Source of the DNA: an uncultured Desulfurococcales archaeon
GTDB taxonomy: Archaea; Thermoproteota; Thermoprotei_A; EX4484-217-1
DNA length: 64,000 nucleotides
Assembly (NCBI GenBank): GCA_964406965.1
Contig: CAYOTT010000003.1
Location: 77,691 to 141,690, forward strand
Direction: 5' to 3'
Shown: piece by piece, positions 49,293 to 59,006 of the stretch
How positions within the stretch are numbered: position 1 is the stretch's first letter
Layout: every line of letters begins with the position of its first letter
Position numbers and translations under genes: made by a program
Notes under the pieces: model-generated
What the model was told of the DNA's origin: nothing
The model's input: only the letters and a program-made list of their open reading frames with translations
Database searches by the model: none

Positions 49293-49661
49293 ATGGAAGA
49301 TCTAATGATAGCCATAGGACTTGTCATGATAGCCATAGGGGCATTTTTTGAAATCATTGGGGCACTTGGAGTTTTAAGGCTAAAAGGTTTCTTTAATAGA
49401 ATTCATGCAGTAACAGCTTCAGCCATTGGTGGCGCAGCATTACCGCTCCTAGGCGTGGCTTTAATCTCAGCATTTGCACCGTGGATAGCCCCTCAAGGAT
49501 ACTATTTAACAGGCATTTGTTTAGTAGCAACTATTCTAATACTATTATTAGCTCCTGCTGGGGCACATGCATTAGCGAGGTCAGCCTATATGTGTAAGAG
49601 TATCCGTAAAAAGTTTGTACATGATGATCTTATTGAATATTTAAAGGAAAGGAGAAGGTGA
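49293..49661 (+). CDS. mrpG: Mrp/Mnh-type antiporter subunit G-like
   Basis: GALGVLRLKGFFNRIHAVTASAIGG is the MnhG signature. Confidence 0.75.
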   Translation: MEDLMIAIGLVMIAIGAFFEIIGALGVLRLKGFFNRIHAVTASAIGGAALPLLGVALISAFAPWIAPQGYYLTGICLVATILILLLAPAGAHALARSAYMCKSIRKKFVHDDLIEYLKERRR

Positions 49662-49669
49662 AGTAGCAA

Positions 49670-49918
49670 ATGTTCTTACCAGTGATTATCTTACTGATAT
49701 TTGCGTTTCTATCGATTGTTGCTACATATTTAGCTATAGTTGAAAGAGACATGCTCGTAGCAGCAATTTTCATGGCGTTTCAGGGAGTATGCTATGCGAT
49801 AATATATTATGTGCTTATGGCCCCTGATGTAACATTAGCTTATATCCCCATATCTAGCGGGCTCACACCAATTCTTATACTTATAGTATTAAAAAAGACA
49901 GAGAGAATTGAAAGATGA
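49670..49918 (+). CDS. Small membrane subunit (MrpB N-terminal/MbhD-like)
   Basis: 82 aa, 3 TM, in the position of the MbhD/DUF4040-like subunit upstream of MrpB. Confidence 0.5.
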   Translation: MFLPVIILLIFAFLSIVATYLAIVERDMLVAAIFMAFQGVCYAIIYYVLMAPDVTLAYIPISSGLTPILILIVLKKTERIER

Positions 49919-50730
49919 GAAAGAAAGATATTATAATAGCGATATCCTTAGCCATAATGGTTATGGCTATAAGTTCCGCGTTATACGTAGGGAGATTTAT
50001 AGTAATAACGCCTCCTTACAAAACACGGGACTTAGCTAAAAGCTTCTTAAAGTACTCATATAATCCGTGGAATGAAGAATTGACATCATACGCTCTTAAT
50101 GTGGTTTCCGCAATAATATGGGATTACAGGGGATTAGATACAATTCTTGAAACTGCTGTACTGTACTCGGCGATAATAGGTATCACAACGTTGTTTAGGG
50201 GGGTAATTGAGATTCGAGGTCTTAGACACCGTGGCCTTTCTTTTCTAGTTAAAATGCCTTCAAGAATAATCATCCCGCTAATCATAGCTGTAGGTATCTC
50301 ATTAGCTATGTATGGGCATTTAACTCCAGGTGGAGGATTTCAAGCAGGAGCAGTAGCTACAGTAGCACCTGCTCTGATAATAACTATTTTCTCAATAGAG
50401 ACACTATATGCCCTAAAATTTAGAACTCGAAAACTCTTCCTTATACGAACGATAGCGTTTGCAGGTATACTAGTAATTTCCATTTCACTCTTCTTATACT
50501 CCCTTGTGTTTCTAACTAATGCTTACATCCTTCAGAATATGATAAGAGAGAATTCTAATGCGTTAATGCCCCATTGGTTTGTAGACGTACCATTAGCAGG
50601 CTCTATATTCTTCTACAACATACTTGAGTTCCTTACAGTCTTTGCAGGATTAACATATGTCTTCATAATTTACTCTATGAGGGAAAGAGAAGTAGAGAGT
50701 ATGTGGAGAGAGGTAGAAACATATGAATGA
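49915..50730 (+). CDS. mrpB: Mrp/Mnh-type antiporter subunit B-like
   Basis: VVSAIIWDYRGLDTILETAVL and HLTPGGGFQAG motifs of MnhB. Confidence 0.75.
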   Translation: MRKKDIIIAISLAIMVMAISSALYVGRFIVITPPYKTRDLAKSFLKYSYNPWNEELTSYALNVVSAIIWDYRGLDTILETAVLYSAIIGITTLFRGVIEIRGLRHRGLSFLVKMPSRIIIPLIIAVGISLAMYGHLTPGGGFQAGAVATVAPALIITIFSIETLYALKFRTRKLFLIRTIAFAGILVISISLFLYSLVFLTNAYILQNMIRENSNALMPHWFVDVPLAGSIFFYNILEFLTVFAGLTYVFIIYSMREREVESMWREVETYE

Positions 50731-51124
50731 GATATTACAAGCAATATTCACGATTGTCATTGTGGTATTCATAGCTAATATGGGTATAGCCCTATATGGA
50801 GTATTTTCAAGACCATCTCTTATAAAGAAAACTATGTCATTGGTTTTGTTTACGGACTCAATAAATATGATAGCAATATCTATAGGTTTCAGAATGCTAG
50901 AAAAAGGTTATCCGAAACCTCCTATCCTTCCAAGAATACCAGAAACACCAGCTGAATTAGAACACTTTACTCAAGTAAGCGTCGATCCTTTACTTCAAGC
51001 TCTTGTTTTAACAGCAATAGTTATTGGATTTGCGATAAACATGTTCATAATAGGCTTAGTTAAAATGTACTATAGACATTATGGAACAACTGACATAAGG
51101 GTGTCTCTGGAGGAGAGGATATGA
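50723..51124 (+). CDS. mrpC: Mrp/Mnh-type antiporter subunit C-like (NuoK-like)
   Basis: 133 aa, 3 TM. The DPLLQALVLTAIVIGFA segment is typical of MnhC/NuoK. Confidence 0.7.
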   Translation: MNEILQAIFTIVIVVFIANMGIALYGVFSRPSLIKKTMSLVLFTDSINMIAISIGFRMLEKGYPKPPILPRIPETPAELEHFTQVSVDPLLQALVLTAIVIGFAINMFIIGLVKMYYRHYGTTDIRVSLEERI

Positions 51125-51624
51125 AAAGAGTAGTTAACAAGATAATGCTATTTATTTTAATACTTTCCCTCTATGTTCTTTTCGCAGGCCGCATTAATAC
51201 ATTAACTGCTGTAACAGGTGTACTTACATCTTCCATTTTAGTTGCAATGTTCGAAAAGATGGTTTTCAAGGGAGAACTTAAAGTTAGGGATGTAGCTAAG
51301 CCGGCATACATTTTTCTCTACATTTATTATTTTATAAAAGCAGAAATAATATCGCATATCAAAATAGCTAAACTTGTTCTAAGCAGGAACCTTAAAATGC
51401 GCCCTGCTATAGTTAAAGTACCGTGTGAACTAGAGAATGCATATGGTGTAGCCCTCTTAGCATCATCTATAACGAACACTCCTGGTACTTTAACTCTACA
51501 TGCTGATAGACATCATAAAGTACTTTATGTGCATTGGCTTACCGCTCATACTCATGACCCTGAAGAAGCTAAAAAGTATATTGTAGGTAAGTTAGAAAAG
51601 CCCATAAAAAAAGTCCTTGGATGA
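51121..51624 (+). CDS. mrpE: Mrp/Mnh-type antiporter subunit E-like
   Basis: AKLVLSRNLKMRPAIVKVP...LASSITNTPGTLTL...LYVHWL matches the MnhE pattern. Confidence 0.7.
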   Translation: MKRVVNKIMLFILILSLYVLFAGRINTLTAVTGVLTSSILVAMFEKMVFKGELKVRDVAKPAYIFLYIYYFIKAEIISHIKIAKLVLSRNLKMRPAIVKVPCELENAYGVALLASSITNTPGTLTLHADRHHKVLYVHWLTAHTHDPEEAKKYIVGKLEKPIKKVLG

Positions 51625-53174
51625 AGAGAATGTTGGTAATAGGTTTACTGCCAATATATTTGCTTATTTCAGCAACTTTAATTATTTTAGTTAAGCTCAT
51701 TTTGAAAAAGGAGATTATTGTTGACCTTACTGCTATATTACTTAGCCTCGTGACATTAGTAGCTACAGTTAATGCTGTAGTTGCAACGATAGAGCGAGGA
51801 ATTATAATATATAGGTTCGGAGGTTTCCCACCGCCCCTCGGAATAGTCTATGTGGTTGATAAGGTAAGCGCTATTTTAAGTATGCTAGGCTCATTATCCT
51901 TAACTGTGGCAATAACATACAGTACATGGCTACTTTCACCTAAATGGCGCTACCTTTTCTATTCTCTAGCGTTTTTACTTATGACCGGAGTTATAGGATG
52001 CTTGTATACGGGCGACATGTTTAACTTCTTTGTGTCATTGGAATTGTTAGCTATATCATCATACGCCTTAACGGCTTTTTATAGGGGAAGCTCTAGGGCA
52101 ATTAGAGCAGCTGCAATATATGCTATTACTGGATCTATTGCTACATCCCTTTACCTACTCGCTTCATTCCTAATTTACTCCTCATATGGGACGTTGAATA
52201 TGGCTGATATAGCTCTTAAAGCTAGAAATCCTGAGTACGCTGTGTTGTTTTCTGGAAAAGTTTATGGAGACATCATGTTACCTACAATTGTAGCTATGAT
52301 ATTGATACTTTGGACATTGCTATTTAAATCAGGGATAATACCGAATCATTTCTGGCTATTACATGTGTACTCAGAAGCACCTACATCGACTGTGGCATTA
52401 TTTACTTCAACAGCTGATATAATAGGGGTATATGGAATTTCTAGGTTTTTCCTTACAATTTGGGGAGAGGGAACGTTAATCGAATACTTTAGGCCCTTCT
52501 TACTTAACATTGCTCTAATAATAGCGTCTATTTCAGCACTTGCATCAGCTTTACTTGTTGTTACACAAAGCAATATAAGAAGGCTCATTGCGTATAGTAC
52601 TATTTCTCAGCTTAGTCTTGCGCTCATGGGAGTTTTATCTGGAGTTCCAGAGGGCATTTCAGGAGGTATATTGCATTTGATAACAAATGGTTTAGGTGAT
52701 ATGCTCTTGTTCTACTCGGCTGGAATATCCATAATCAGTTGCGGTAAAGATTTATCATGTTTAAGCACGTTGAGATCTAATATTATAGCTTATGCAGCAT
52801 TCATTATAGGTTCTCTAAACCTCTTCGGAATACTTCCGCTATTACCAGGCTTCTGGAGTAAAGCATTACTTACACTAGGCTTCTTAAAAGCTGAGCTATT
52901 TTGGGGAGTCATCGTAGTATTAGCGTCATCAGGACTCTGCGCCGCTGGCTACTTTAAGGCTATAAGTGCAATTTTTAATTTTAAAAGAGATTCATTCATT
53001 ACCATAAACATGACCGTTCCAGCAATAGTTTTAATAATATTAATGTTTTCTACACTACTTTTAGGTATACTTATAGTATTAAGCGATGTTTTCAGGGAGT
53101 TCGTTACTCAATGGGGATATGATATAATGAACTATAGGAGATATATTGTTATAACACTTAACCTAACCGTATAA
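51621..53174 (+). CDS. mrpD: Mrp subunit D-like antiporter-type subunit (NuoM/N family)
   Basis: 517-aa polytopic protein. FNFFVSLELLAISSYAL and HFWLLHVYSEAPTSTVALF motifs of the proton-conducting membrane transporter family. Confidence 0.85.
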   Translation: MKRMLVIGLLPIYLLISATLIILVKLILKKEIIVDLTAILLSLVTLVATVNAVVATIERGIIIYRFGGFPPPLGIVYVVDKVSAILSMLGSLSLTVAITYSTWLLSPKWRYLFYSLAFLLMTGVIGCLYTGDMFNFFVSLELLAISSYALTAFYRGSSRAIRAAAIYAITGSIATSLYLLASFLIYSSYGTLNMADIALKARNPEYAVLFSGKVYGDIMLPTIVAMILILWTLLFKSGIIPNHFWLLHVYSEAPTSTVALFTSTADIIGVYGISRFFLTIWGEGTLIEYFRPFLLNIALIIASISALASALLVVTQSNIRRLIAYSTISQLSLALMGVLSGVPEGISGGILHLITNGLGDMLLFYSAGISIISCGKDLSCLSTLRSNIIAYAAFIIGSLNLFGILPLLPGFWSKALLTLGFLKAELFWGVIVVLASSGLCAAGYFKAISAIFNFKRDSFITINMTVPAIVLIILMFSTLLLGILIVLSDVFREFVTQWGYDIMNYRRYIVITLNLTV

Positions 53175-53206
53175 TGTGAGGAATTTTAATAAATTATTAT
53201 TTAATA

Positions 53207-54703
53207 ATGATGTTAGGGTCAGCGATGTTAATTGAAGAAAGATTAGTAATCATGGTAGTTGCCGGTTTGTTTGTATTAACAGGCAACTTGCCCCTCGTTA
53301 GAGAGAGCAAATTAAGTGTTGCTTTAAGATCTGCTGGATACATTATTTTCCTCTTGAACATACAGTACGTGGACATGGTAAGTTCGATTCTTATCCTTGG
53401 AGGAGTATTAATTTCAGTAAGCTTAACAGGTTTTTCACTTTATTACTCGAAAATAAAGTATAAAACAACAAGCTTAGTTGTGCTTACCGATGTTTTTGCT
53501 CTTGCAATGTTACTTACTTTTTCTTCGAAATTCTTAATAGAGCTAATTACCTTTTGGCTACTAACAGAACTACTAGGATTCTTCCTGATAGCATACGATT
53601 CCATCATAGGTGTAAAAAGAGAAGCCATGAATGCTGCTCTAAAGTACCTCTTATTTTCTATGATACCAACAGATATAGCGCTCTTCATACTACTTGCTTT
53701 AACAGGCTTCAATAGGGCAGTAAATGTACCCATACAGGACCTATTCATAGACATAAGTTCGCCTATATTAACTATGTTAGTTATAGTAGGTCTTTTTTCT
53801 AAAGCAGCCGTCTTCCCACTTCATTTCTGGCTACCTGACGCTCACTCTATAGCTCCTGCTCCTGCATCATCATTACTTTCAGGCTTAATGGTTAAAATGG
53901 GAATATATGGGCTTTACTTAGTAACGAAGTTTAATATAGATAAAGAAATAGCATTTATGGCGCTAATCATAGCAGCCTCGATTACAGCAATATATGGTGG
54001 CTTACAAGCTACAATACAGCACGACATCAAGAGAATTTTAGCCTACAGTACCACATCGCATATGGCAGTTATGACCTTACTTTTATCTATGTATCTACGT
54101 CTTGGTGATGAAATCTTTATTTATGCGATCACCATCTATGCTTTAGCTCATATACTATACAAGGCTGGTTTATTTGCCGACTCAGGATTAGTAGAGGTTT
54201 TAACACATGAGAAAGATGTGGAAAAACTAGGTTATGTAAGTAAAATAGTTCCTCTAGAAACTCTTGCTGTAATTCTCATGATCCTTTCTATGTTAGGCAT
54301 GCCTCCAACAGTAGGTTTCCTAGCAAAACTTCTACTATTTACATCAATCTCACATTATTTAACCTATTCATGGATTTACTTAGCTATATTACTAATAGTT
54401 TCTATTGAAATCTCTCTTACAATCCTTTATAGTATAAGATATCTAAAAGTTCATATAGTTAGTAAGGGTACTATGAACTTTAAGAAACTTAATCTCGAAG
54501 CACTTACAATGAAGTATTATGTTACGTTAATGGCATTAATCTCGATAATAACAACCTTTATGCTTTCGATATATGAGACGCTATATGCTGGAGAAATTAA
54601 GATACTTGGAGAAATAATGCCAGTACTGTACGTTTCATCGGCAATGCTTTTATTTATCCTATTATCACTATATGAACTACTTAGAGTGAAAAATTATGTT
54701 TAG
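53207..54703 (+). CDS. Second antiporter-type subunit (NuoL/M/N, MrpA/D-like)
   Basis: HFWLPDAHSIAPAPASSLLSGLMVKMGIYG and KRILAYSTTSHM motifs. Confidence 0.8.
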   Translation: MMLGSAMLIEERLVIMVVAGLFVLTGNLPLVRESKLSVALRSAGYIIFLLNIQYVDMVSSILILGGVLISVSLTGFSLYYSKIKYKTTSLVVLTDVFALAMLLTFSSKFLIELITFWLLTELLGFFLIAYDSIIGVKREAMNAALKYLLFSMIPTDIALFILLALTGFNRAVNVPIQDLFIDISSPILTMLVIVGLFSKAAVFPLHFWLPDAHSIAPAPASSLLSGLMVKMGIYGLYLVTKFNIDKEIAFMALIIAASITAIYGGLQATIQHDIKRILAYSTTSHMAVMTLLLSMYLRLGDEIFIYAITIYALAHILYKAGLFADSGLVEVLTHEKDVEKLGYVSKIVPLETLAVILMILSMLGMPPTVGFLAKLLLFTSISHYLTYSWIYLAILLIVSIEISLTILYSIRYLKVHIVSKGTMNFKKLNLEALTMKYYVTLMALISIITTFMLSIYETLYAGEIKILGEIMPVLYVSSAMLLFILLSLYELLRVKNYV

Positions 54704-55703
54704 TAATGGAAGCATTAAGAAAGAGATAGCACCTTACATACTAGATAGGTTACTGTCTTTTATATCGTTACTAAATTTAATAGTTATAAGTTATACCTTA
54801 ATTGCTAAATCCACCTTATATATGGAGATTTCATTAAAACTAAAGCTTCTTTTAATATCAATGGTTGTACTTAGCTATATTGTGTATGAGGACAAGTTAA
54901 GAATTCTTTACGGAGTTACTGCTTTCCCTATAATAACATTGCTGTACTATTTATTACTAACAAGCGGTGACTTTAGCTTAAACGTAATGATATCTTTTAC
55001 CATATTTCTTCTCACATGTGAGATATACTATAATTCAAGGCGTCCAATGTTTTTGTTAGGTTATCGTTTTCCTATATTTTTACCGCAGTTTGTATTTCAA
55101 TATACACTGCTTACACTACTCTTATTAACCGTAGATTTAAGTATCATTGAGCGAGTATTCGTAGTGATAGGTGTTGCTTTACTTCTCTACAAGCTCTCTT
55201 CTTACCTAAGGGGACCAATATTTAATTTATGGTCACTCTGCCTTCAAAATCTCATGAGAGAAATTAGCGTGATTAGAGAATTACTGAGTAAATTAAATTA
55301 TCATTTGACTAGAAAGCGCATTGAACAATACTTGAATAAGAGAGAAATAGTATTCATACATAAAACTCCTCTAAAAACATTTTATAAGGCTGTTTGTAGG
55401 AAAATGATTGTATACAAATATTATCAGTCAAGGGCATTTTCGCTATTGTTAGATGTTCTTAATGAGCTAGCCAACATTAATTTAGAAACTTATATATCGG
55501 CTATTAGCAAGATAGCTAAGAACTTCGTCAAACAAATAATACATGTTGAAAGAAAAACCCTAAATACCTTTAAAATCATTTCTAAATATCTCGAGCATGT
55601 GCAGGAATCTGTGGAGCATTCTTTAACGCTTTCATCATTTCTAATAGGATTAATAGTATTAATAATAGTTCTAATATACTTAGTTTTAATGTACCTAACA
55701 TGA
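54696..55703 (+). CDS. Hypothetical polytopic membrane protein translationally coupled to the Mrp cluster
   Basis: The ATG overlaps the upstream stop by 8 nt. About six N-terminal TM helices, a ~130-aa hydrophilic helical region, and a C-terminal TM. No motif recognised. Confidence 0.4.
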   Translation: MFSNGSIKKEIAPYILDRLLSFISLLNLIVISYTLIAKSTLYMEISLKLKLLLISMVVLSYIVYEDKLRILYGVTAFPIITLLYYLLLTSGDFSLNVMISFTIFLLTCEIYYNSRRPMFLLGYRFPIFLPQFVFQYTLLTLLLLTVDLSIIERVFVVIGVALLLYKLSSYLRGPIFNLWSLCLQNLMREISVIRELLSKLNYHLTRKRIEQYLNKREIVFIHKTPLKTFYKAVCRKMIVYKYYQSRAFSLLLDVLNELANINLETYISAISKIAKNFVKQIIHVERKTLNTFKIISKYLEHVQESVEHSLTLSSFLIGLIVLIIVLIYLVLMYLT

Positions 55704-56002
55704 AAACGACGATTTTAATAATTTTATGAAACATAACACTTACGTTGTTCAAGTTCAATAGAAACATTTTATGGCAAATAACAAGCTGTGAGAACTTCAG
55801 CGTTTTAGAATACAAATTCTCACGTGATAAAACACCTTAGTGAAGCCTGAAGGCAAGCCGATATAAATAGGAGTAGTCAGTTAACATGTAAGTAGTAACT
55901 ACGGTATTTACTTTATATCTTTTACCTCAATAAAGTTTATAAACAGGCAAGGTCTTTTCTTGACAAGATATAAGAGTTATGATTTCTTGAGGGCGAGGAC
56001 TA

Positions 56003-56242
56003 TTGGCGAAATATAAAGTAACCATAGATAAAGATGCTTGTATAGGAGACGGAATATGTATTTCAATATGTCCTGAAGTTTTTGAGTTCGACGATGAAGG
56101 CAAAGCAAGAATAACTGAAAACTATAGAGCAAGCAACGATTATGAAGGTGAAGTTGACGCTGATGAAAACTTAGAGAACTGTCTTACACAAGCTGAGTCT
56201 ATGTGTCCAACACAAGCAATTAAATTGTTTAAGCTAGAGTGA
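56003..56242 (+). CDS. fdx: Small ferredoxin (single [3Fe-4S]/[4Fe-4S]-type)
   Basis: DKDACIGDGICISICPEVFEFDDEG...CPTQAI is the classic monocluster ferredoxin pattern. TTG start. Confidence 0.8.
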   Translation: MAKYKVTIDKDACIGDGICISICPEVFEFDDEGKARITENYRASNDYEGEVDADENLENCLTQAESMCPTQAIKLFKLE

Positions 56243-56347
56243 GAACAAAGAGTATTAGTCAAAACTAAATTTTATTAAAGCTTTTTTCTTTACCATAATT
56301 TTTAACTTAACTACTTTGGATCACTTGATTTTATAAATAAACTTATT

Positions 56348-56776
56348 CTAACACTTCTCAATAATGTAAGAATATATTGTCATAAACGTTTTAAACAAGG
56401 ACATAGCTACATCTCTAAGAGAAACTATACCTTCTAGTTTTCCATTGCTACTAACTACCAAATGTCTTATCCTATTAGAGAACATAATATGCAATGCTTC
56501 AATAATTGTGCTTTCAGGAGAGAGGCTTACTATGTTATGCACCATGTATTTCGAAACAGGTTCTTCTAAAACTTTAGCATCATTGTCCTTTAAAATTTTA
56601 ATAATGTCTCTTTCTGAAATGATGCCTTTAACTGTTGAATCTTTAATTACAACAACGCAACCAATATCATAGAAACCAAGTTTCTCAATAACCTCTTTTA
56701 AGGTAGCATTTTCATCAACTGTGATTACAGGGTTCTTCATTACAGATCTTAAGGTAATTGCTAAGTGTTTTATCAA
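56348..56776 (-). CDS. CBS-domain pair protein
   Basis: Two CBS repeats (VMKNPVITVDENATLKEVIEKL...GIISERDI and MVHNIVSLSPESTIIEAL...GIVSLRDV). Confidence 0.8.
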   Translation of the reverse strand: MIKHLAITLRSVMKNPVITVDENATLKEVIEKLGFYDIGCVVVIKDSTVKGIISERDIIKILKDNDAKVLEEPVSKYMVHNIVSLSPESTIIEALHIMFSNRIRHLVVSSNGKLEGIVSLRDVAMSLFKTFMTIYSYIIEKC

Positions 56777-56918
56777 AACATTACACCTACTACCATTATC
56801 AAGAAGGTTAAGAGTTAAAAGTTTACATGTACTGTTTCGACTAAGAATCTAAAATCTTATTTATTATAGTGTTTCTAAGGGAAAAACAGTTTTGTTGCAC
56901 CTTGAATGGAAGAATTAT

Positions 56919-56984
56919 GGATCAGTCAAATGCCTTTTCCTCATTACCACGTTGGGTTCTGTGTCGGGAGTACTCATCATTTCC
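56919..56984 (-). ncRNA. Box C/D sRNA candidate (degenerate internal boxes)
   Basis: Minus-strand read: GGAA-ATGATGA-gtactcccgaca(12)-CAGA-acccaacgtggta-ATGAGGA-aaaggcatttga(12)-CTGA-TCC. The termini GGA/TCC can pair. Located in the 300-nt gap between gatE and the CBS gene. Confidence 0.45.
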
Positions 56985-57075
56985 ACGTTATGAGTATGTG
57001 GATGTGAGGTATTAACCTTATACGGTATTTTAAATGGAATTTATTGGTGTAAGTGTTTTTCCCTTGATAACATTA

Positions 57076-58992
57076 TTAGTTCTCTGGGATCTTCTCTAAT
57101 TCTTCCTTTACTATTTGAGCTACGGTTCTTCCATCTATTTTACCTCTTAGCTTATTCATTACAAGTCCCATTACTATGCTAAATGCCTTATGTTTTTTAG
57201 TTTTTAATTCCTCTTTTTTCTCCTCAATTACTTTATTAACTAATTCTTTAACATCTTCAATAGTTACTTTTCTTAGCCCCAGAGCTTCTATTGCATCCTT
57301 AACATGTTTTTCAGGGTTTCTAGCTAGCCATGCTAATATTTTTGGTATTGCCTCCTTTGCTATTTCCCCTTTAGCAAAAATGCTGAATAGTTCTTCGAAA
57401 TGTTCATCGCATAAGTTTTCTACTGGCACATTTTCTTTTCTAAGAGATTTAAGCGTGTTTTCAAAAGTCGATGCTACTAATGTTGGACTTATTTTTTCAC
57501 GGTGTTTTTCAACTATTTTCTCAAAAAGATCTAGCCAATACGATTTTATCATTTGCTTAGCTAAGTTTTCGCTGAGCCCATACCTCTCTATAAACTTTCT
57601 AAGTTTTTGCTCAGGCATTTCTGGCAAGTTTGCTGCTATTTTCTTAAGCATTTCACTGGTAATTTCTATTGGCGGTACATCGGTTTCAGGGTACATTCTA
57701 GCTGCTCCTGGCTGAGGCCTCATATATCTTGTTGTTCCATCGGGATTTGCTGCTCGTGTTTCCTTAGGTATCCCTTTTAAAGCATGTTTTGCTCTCTCAA
57801 CTACAGCTTTTAAAGCTTCTTTTGCTTTTTCTTCTTTATCAGCTATTATTACTATTGTGTCTTTTTCTAAATCGGCATTACATTTTTCATAGAGCTTTAC
57901 TATTTCCTCCTCTACTATGCCGTATTTTGGCAGTTCATCAGTATGTATTAGCCCTGATACTCCTCCCCAGAATTTCGCATATTCTGAAAGCTCTGTTCCA
58001 AATCTTCTTCCAGGCTGAATCTCTGTTCCAAGAATTCCTTTAAATAATGGTAGAACCTGTGCTAATACTTTGCCTCCTTTCTTTAATGTGTTCTTTATGA
58101 GTTTACTTTTAGTGTTTTTGAAAACTTCGGTTACGTCTATAGGGTTAAAAACTATGTTTTCCTCTTTAACGCCTCTTCTAATGAGTTCCTCTTTTATTTG
58201 GAGAAGCTTTAACTGCCTTAACGCTTCATATTCTACAACTTTCCTTATTAATTCAAGTTTTTGAACACCTTTGATCTCTATTTTCTCTCCACCGCTTATT
58301 GAAACGTTTAAGTCTTGTCTTATTGTTCCTAAGCCTCTTTTCACTTTTCCCGTTATTCTAAGTAATTGGCCTATTTTGTAAGCTACTCTCTCAGCTTGCT
58401 CTGGTGAATGAATATCTGGTCCTGTAGAAATTTCTATTAAAGGTATACCTAATCTGTCAAGTCTGTAAACAACGTTTTTTCCTTTTTCCTCTATTTTTCT
58501 TGCAGCATCCTCCTCAATACATATTGTTTGAATTCTTATTTTTCCCTCCTCATCTTCAAGATATCCTCCTAAAGCTACTACAGCTGTCCTTTGAAATCCT
58601 GTAGTATTTGACCCATCAATGACTATTTTTCTCATAACATGAACTTCATCAACTGGTTTTGAATGTAGCATTAAAGCTACTGTTAAAGCTATTTCTAAAG
58701 CTTCCGGATTTAGGCTATGAGGTGGTTCTTCATCCCCTTCTACAAGGCATACATGGCTTTCATATGATTCGTAAATATATTTTCTTCCTCTTTTCCATTC
58801 GAAAAGAGCCGCTATGTCAACTTCTCCTAACTCGCTACGTGTTGGTCTAAGCCTCCTAATGAAAGTGTATTCTGGTTTTTCTTCAACAAGTTTTGTTGGG
58901 CATTTGCAGAATAGCTTATGCTTAGTATCTAGCTGTTGATGAAGTTCTAATCCTACTTTAAGACCTAGCTTCCTATAGTCAAGTTTCTCCAT
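57076..58992 (-). CDS. gatE: Glutamyl-tRNA(Gln) amidotransferase subunit E
   Basis: YRKLGLKVGLELHQQLDT..KLFC, IEEDAARK and other typical GatE sequence. 638 aa, adjacent to gatD. Confidence 0.95.
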   Translation of the reverse strand: MEKLDYRKLGLKVGLELHQQLDTKHKLFCKCPTKLVEEKPEYTFIRRLRPTRSELGEVDIAALFEWKRGRKYIYESYESHVCLVEGDEEPPHSLNPEALEIALTVALMLHSKPVDEVHVMRKIVIDGSNTTGFQRTAVVALGGYLEDEEGKIRIQTICIEEDAARKIEEKGKNVVYRLDRLGIPLIEISTGPDIHSPEQAERVAYKIGQLLRITGKVKRGLGTIRQDLNVSISGGEKIEIKGVQKLELIRKVVEYEALRQLKLLQIKEELIRRGVKEENIVFNPIDVTEVFKNTKSKLIKNTLKKGGKVLAQVLPLFKGILGTEIQPGRRFGTELSEYAKFWGGVSGLIHTDELPKYGIVEEEIVKLYEKCNADLEKDTIVIIADKEEKAKEALKAVVERAKHALKGIPKETRAANPDGTTRYMRPQPGAARMYPETDVPPIEITSEMLKKIAANLPEMPEQKLRKFIERYGLSENLAKQMIKSYWLDLFEKIVEKHREKISPTLVASTFENTLKSLRKENVPVENLCDEHFEELFSIFAKGEIAKEAIPKILAWLARNPEKHVKDAIEALGLRKVTIEDVKELVNKVIEEKKEELKTKKHKAFSIVMGLVMNKLRGKIDGRTVAQIVKEELEKIPEN

Positions 58993-59006
58993 GAACCTTC
59001 ACCATT

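Noticed and set aside
55704-56002. 300-nt ORF-free gap between the Mrp cluster and the ferredoxin gene, examined for an RNA gene.
   Set aside because: No C/D boxes, no tRNA-like T-arm and no GC-rich structured segment beyond a 4-bp GCCT/AGGC hairpin. It most likely holds promoter/leader and terminator sequence.
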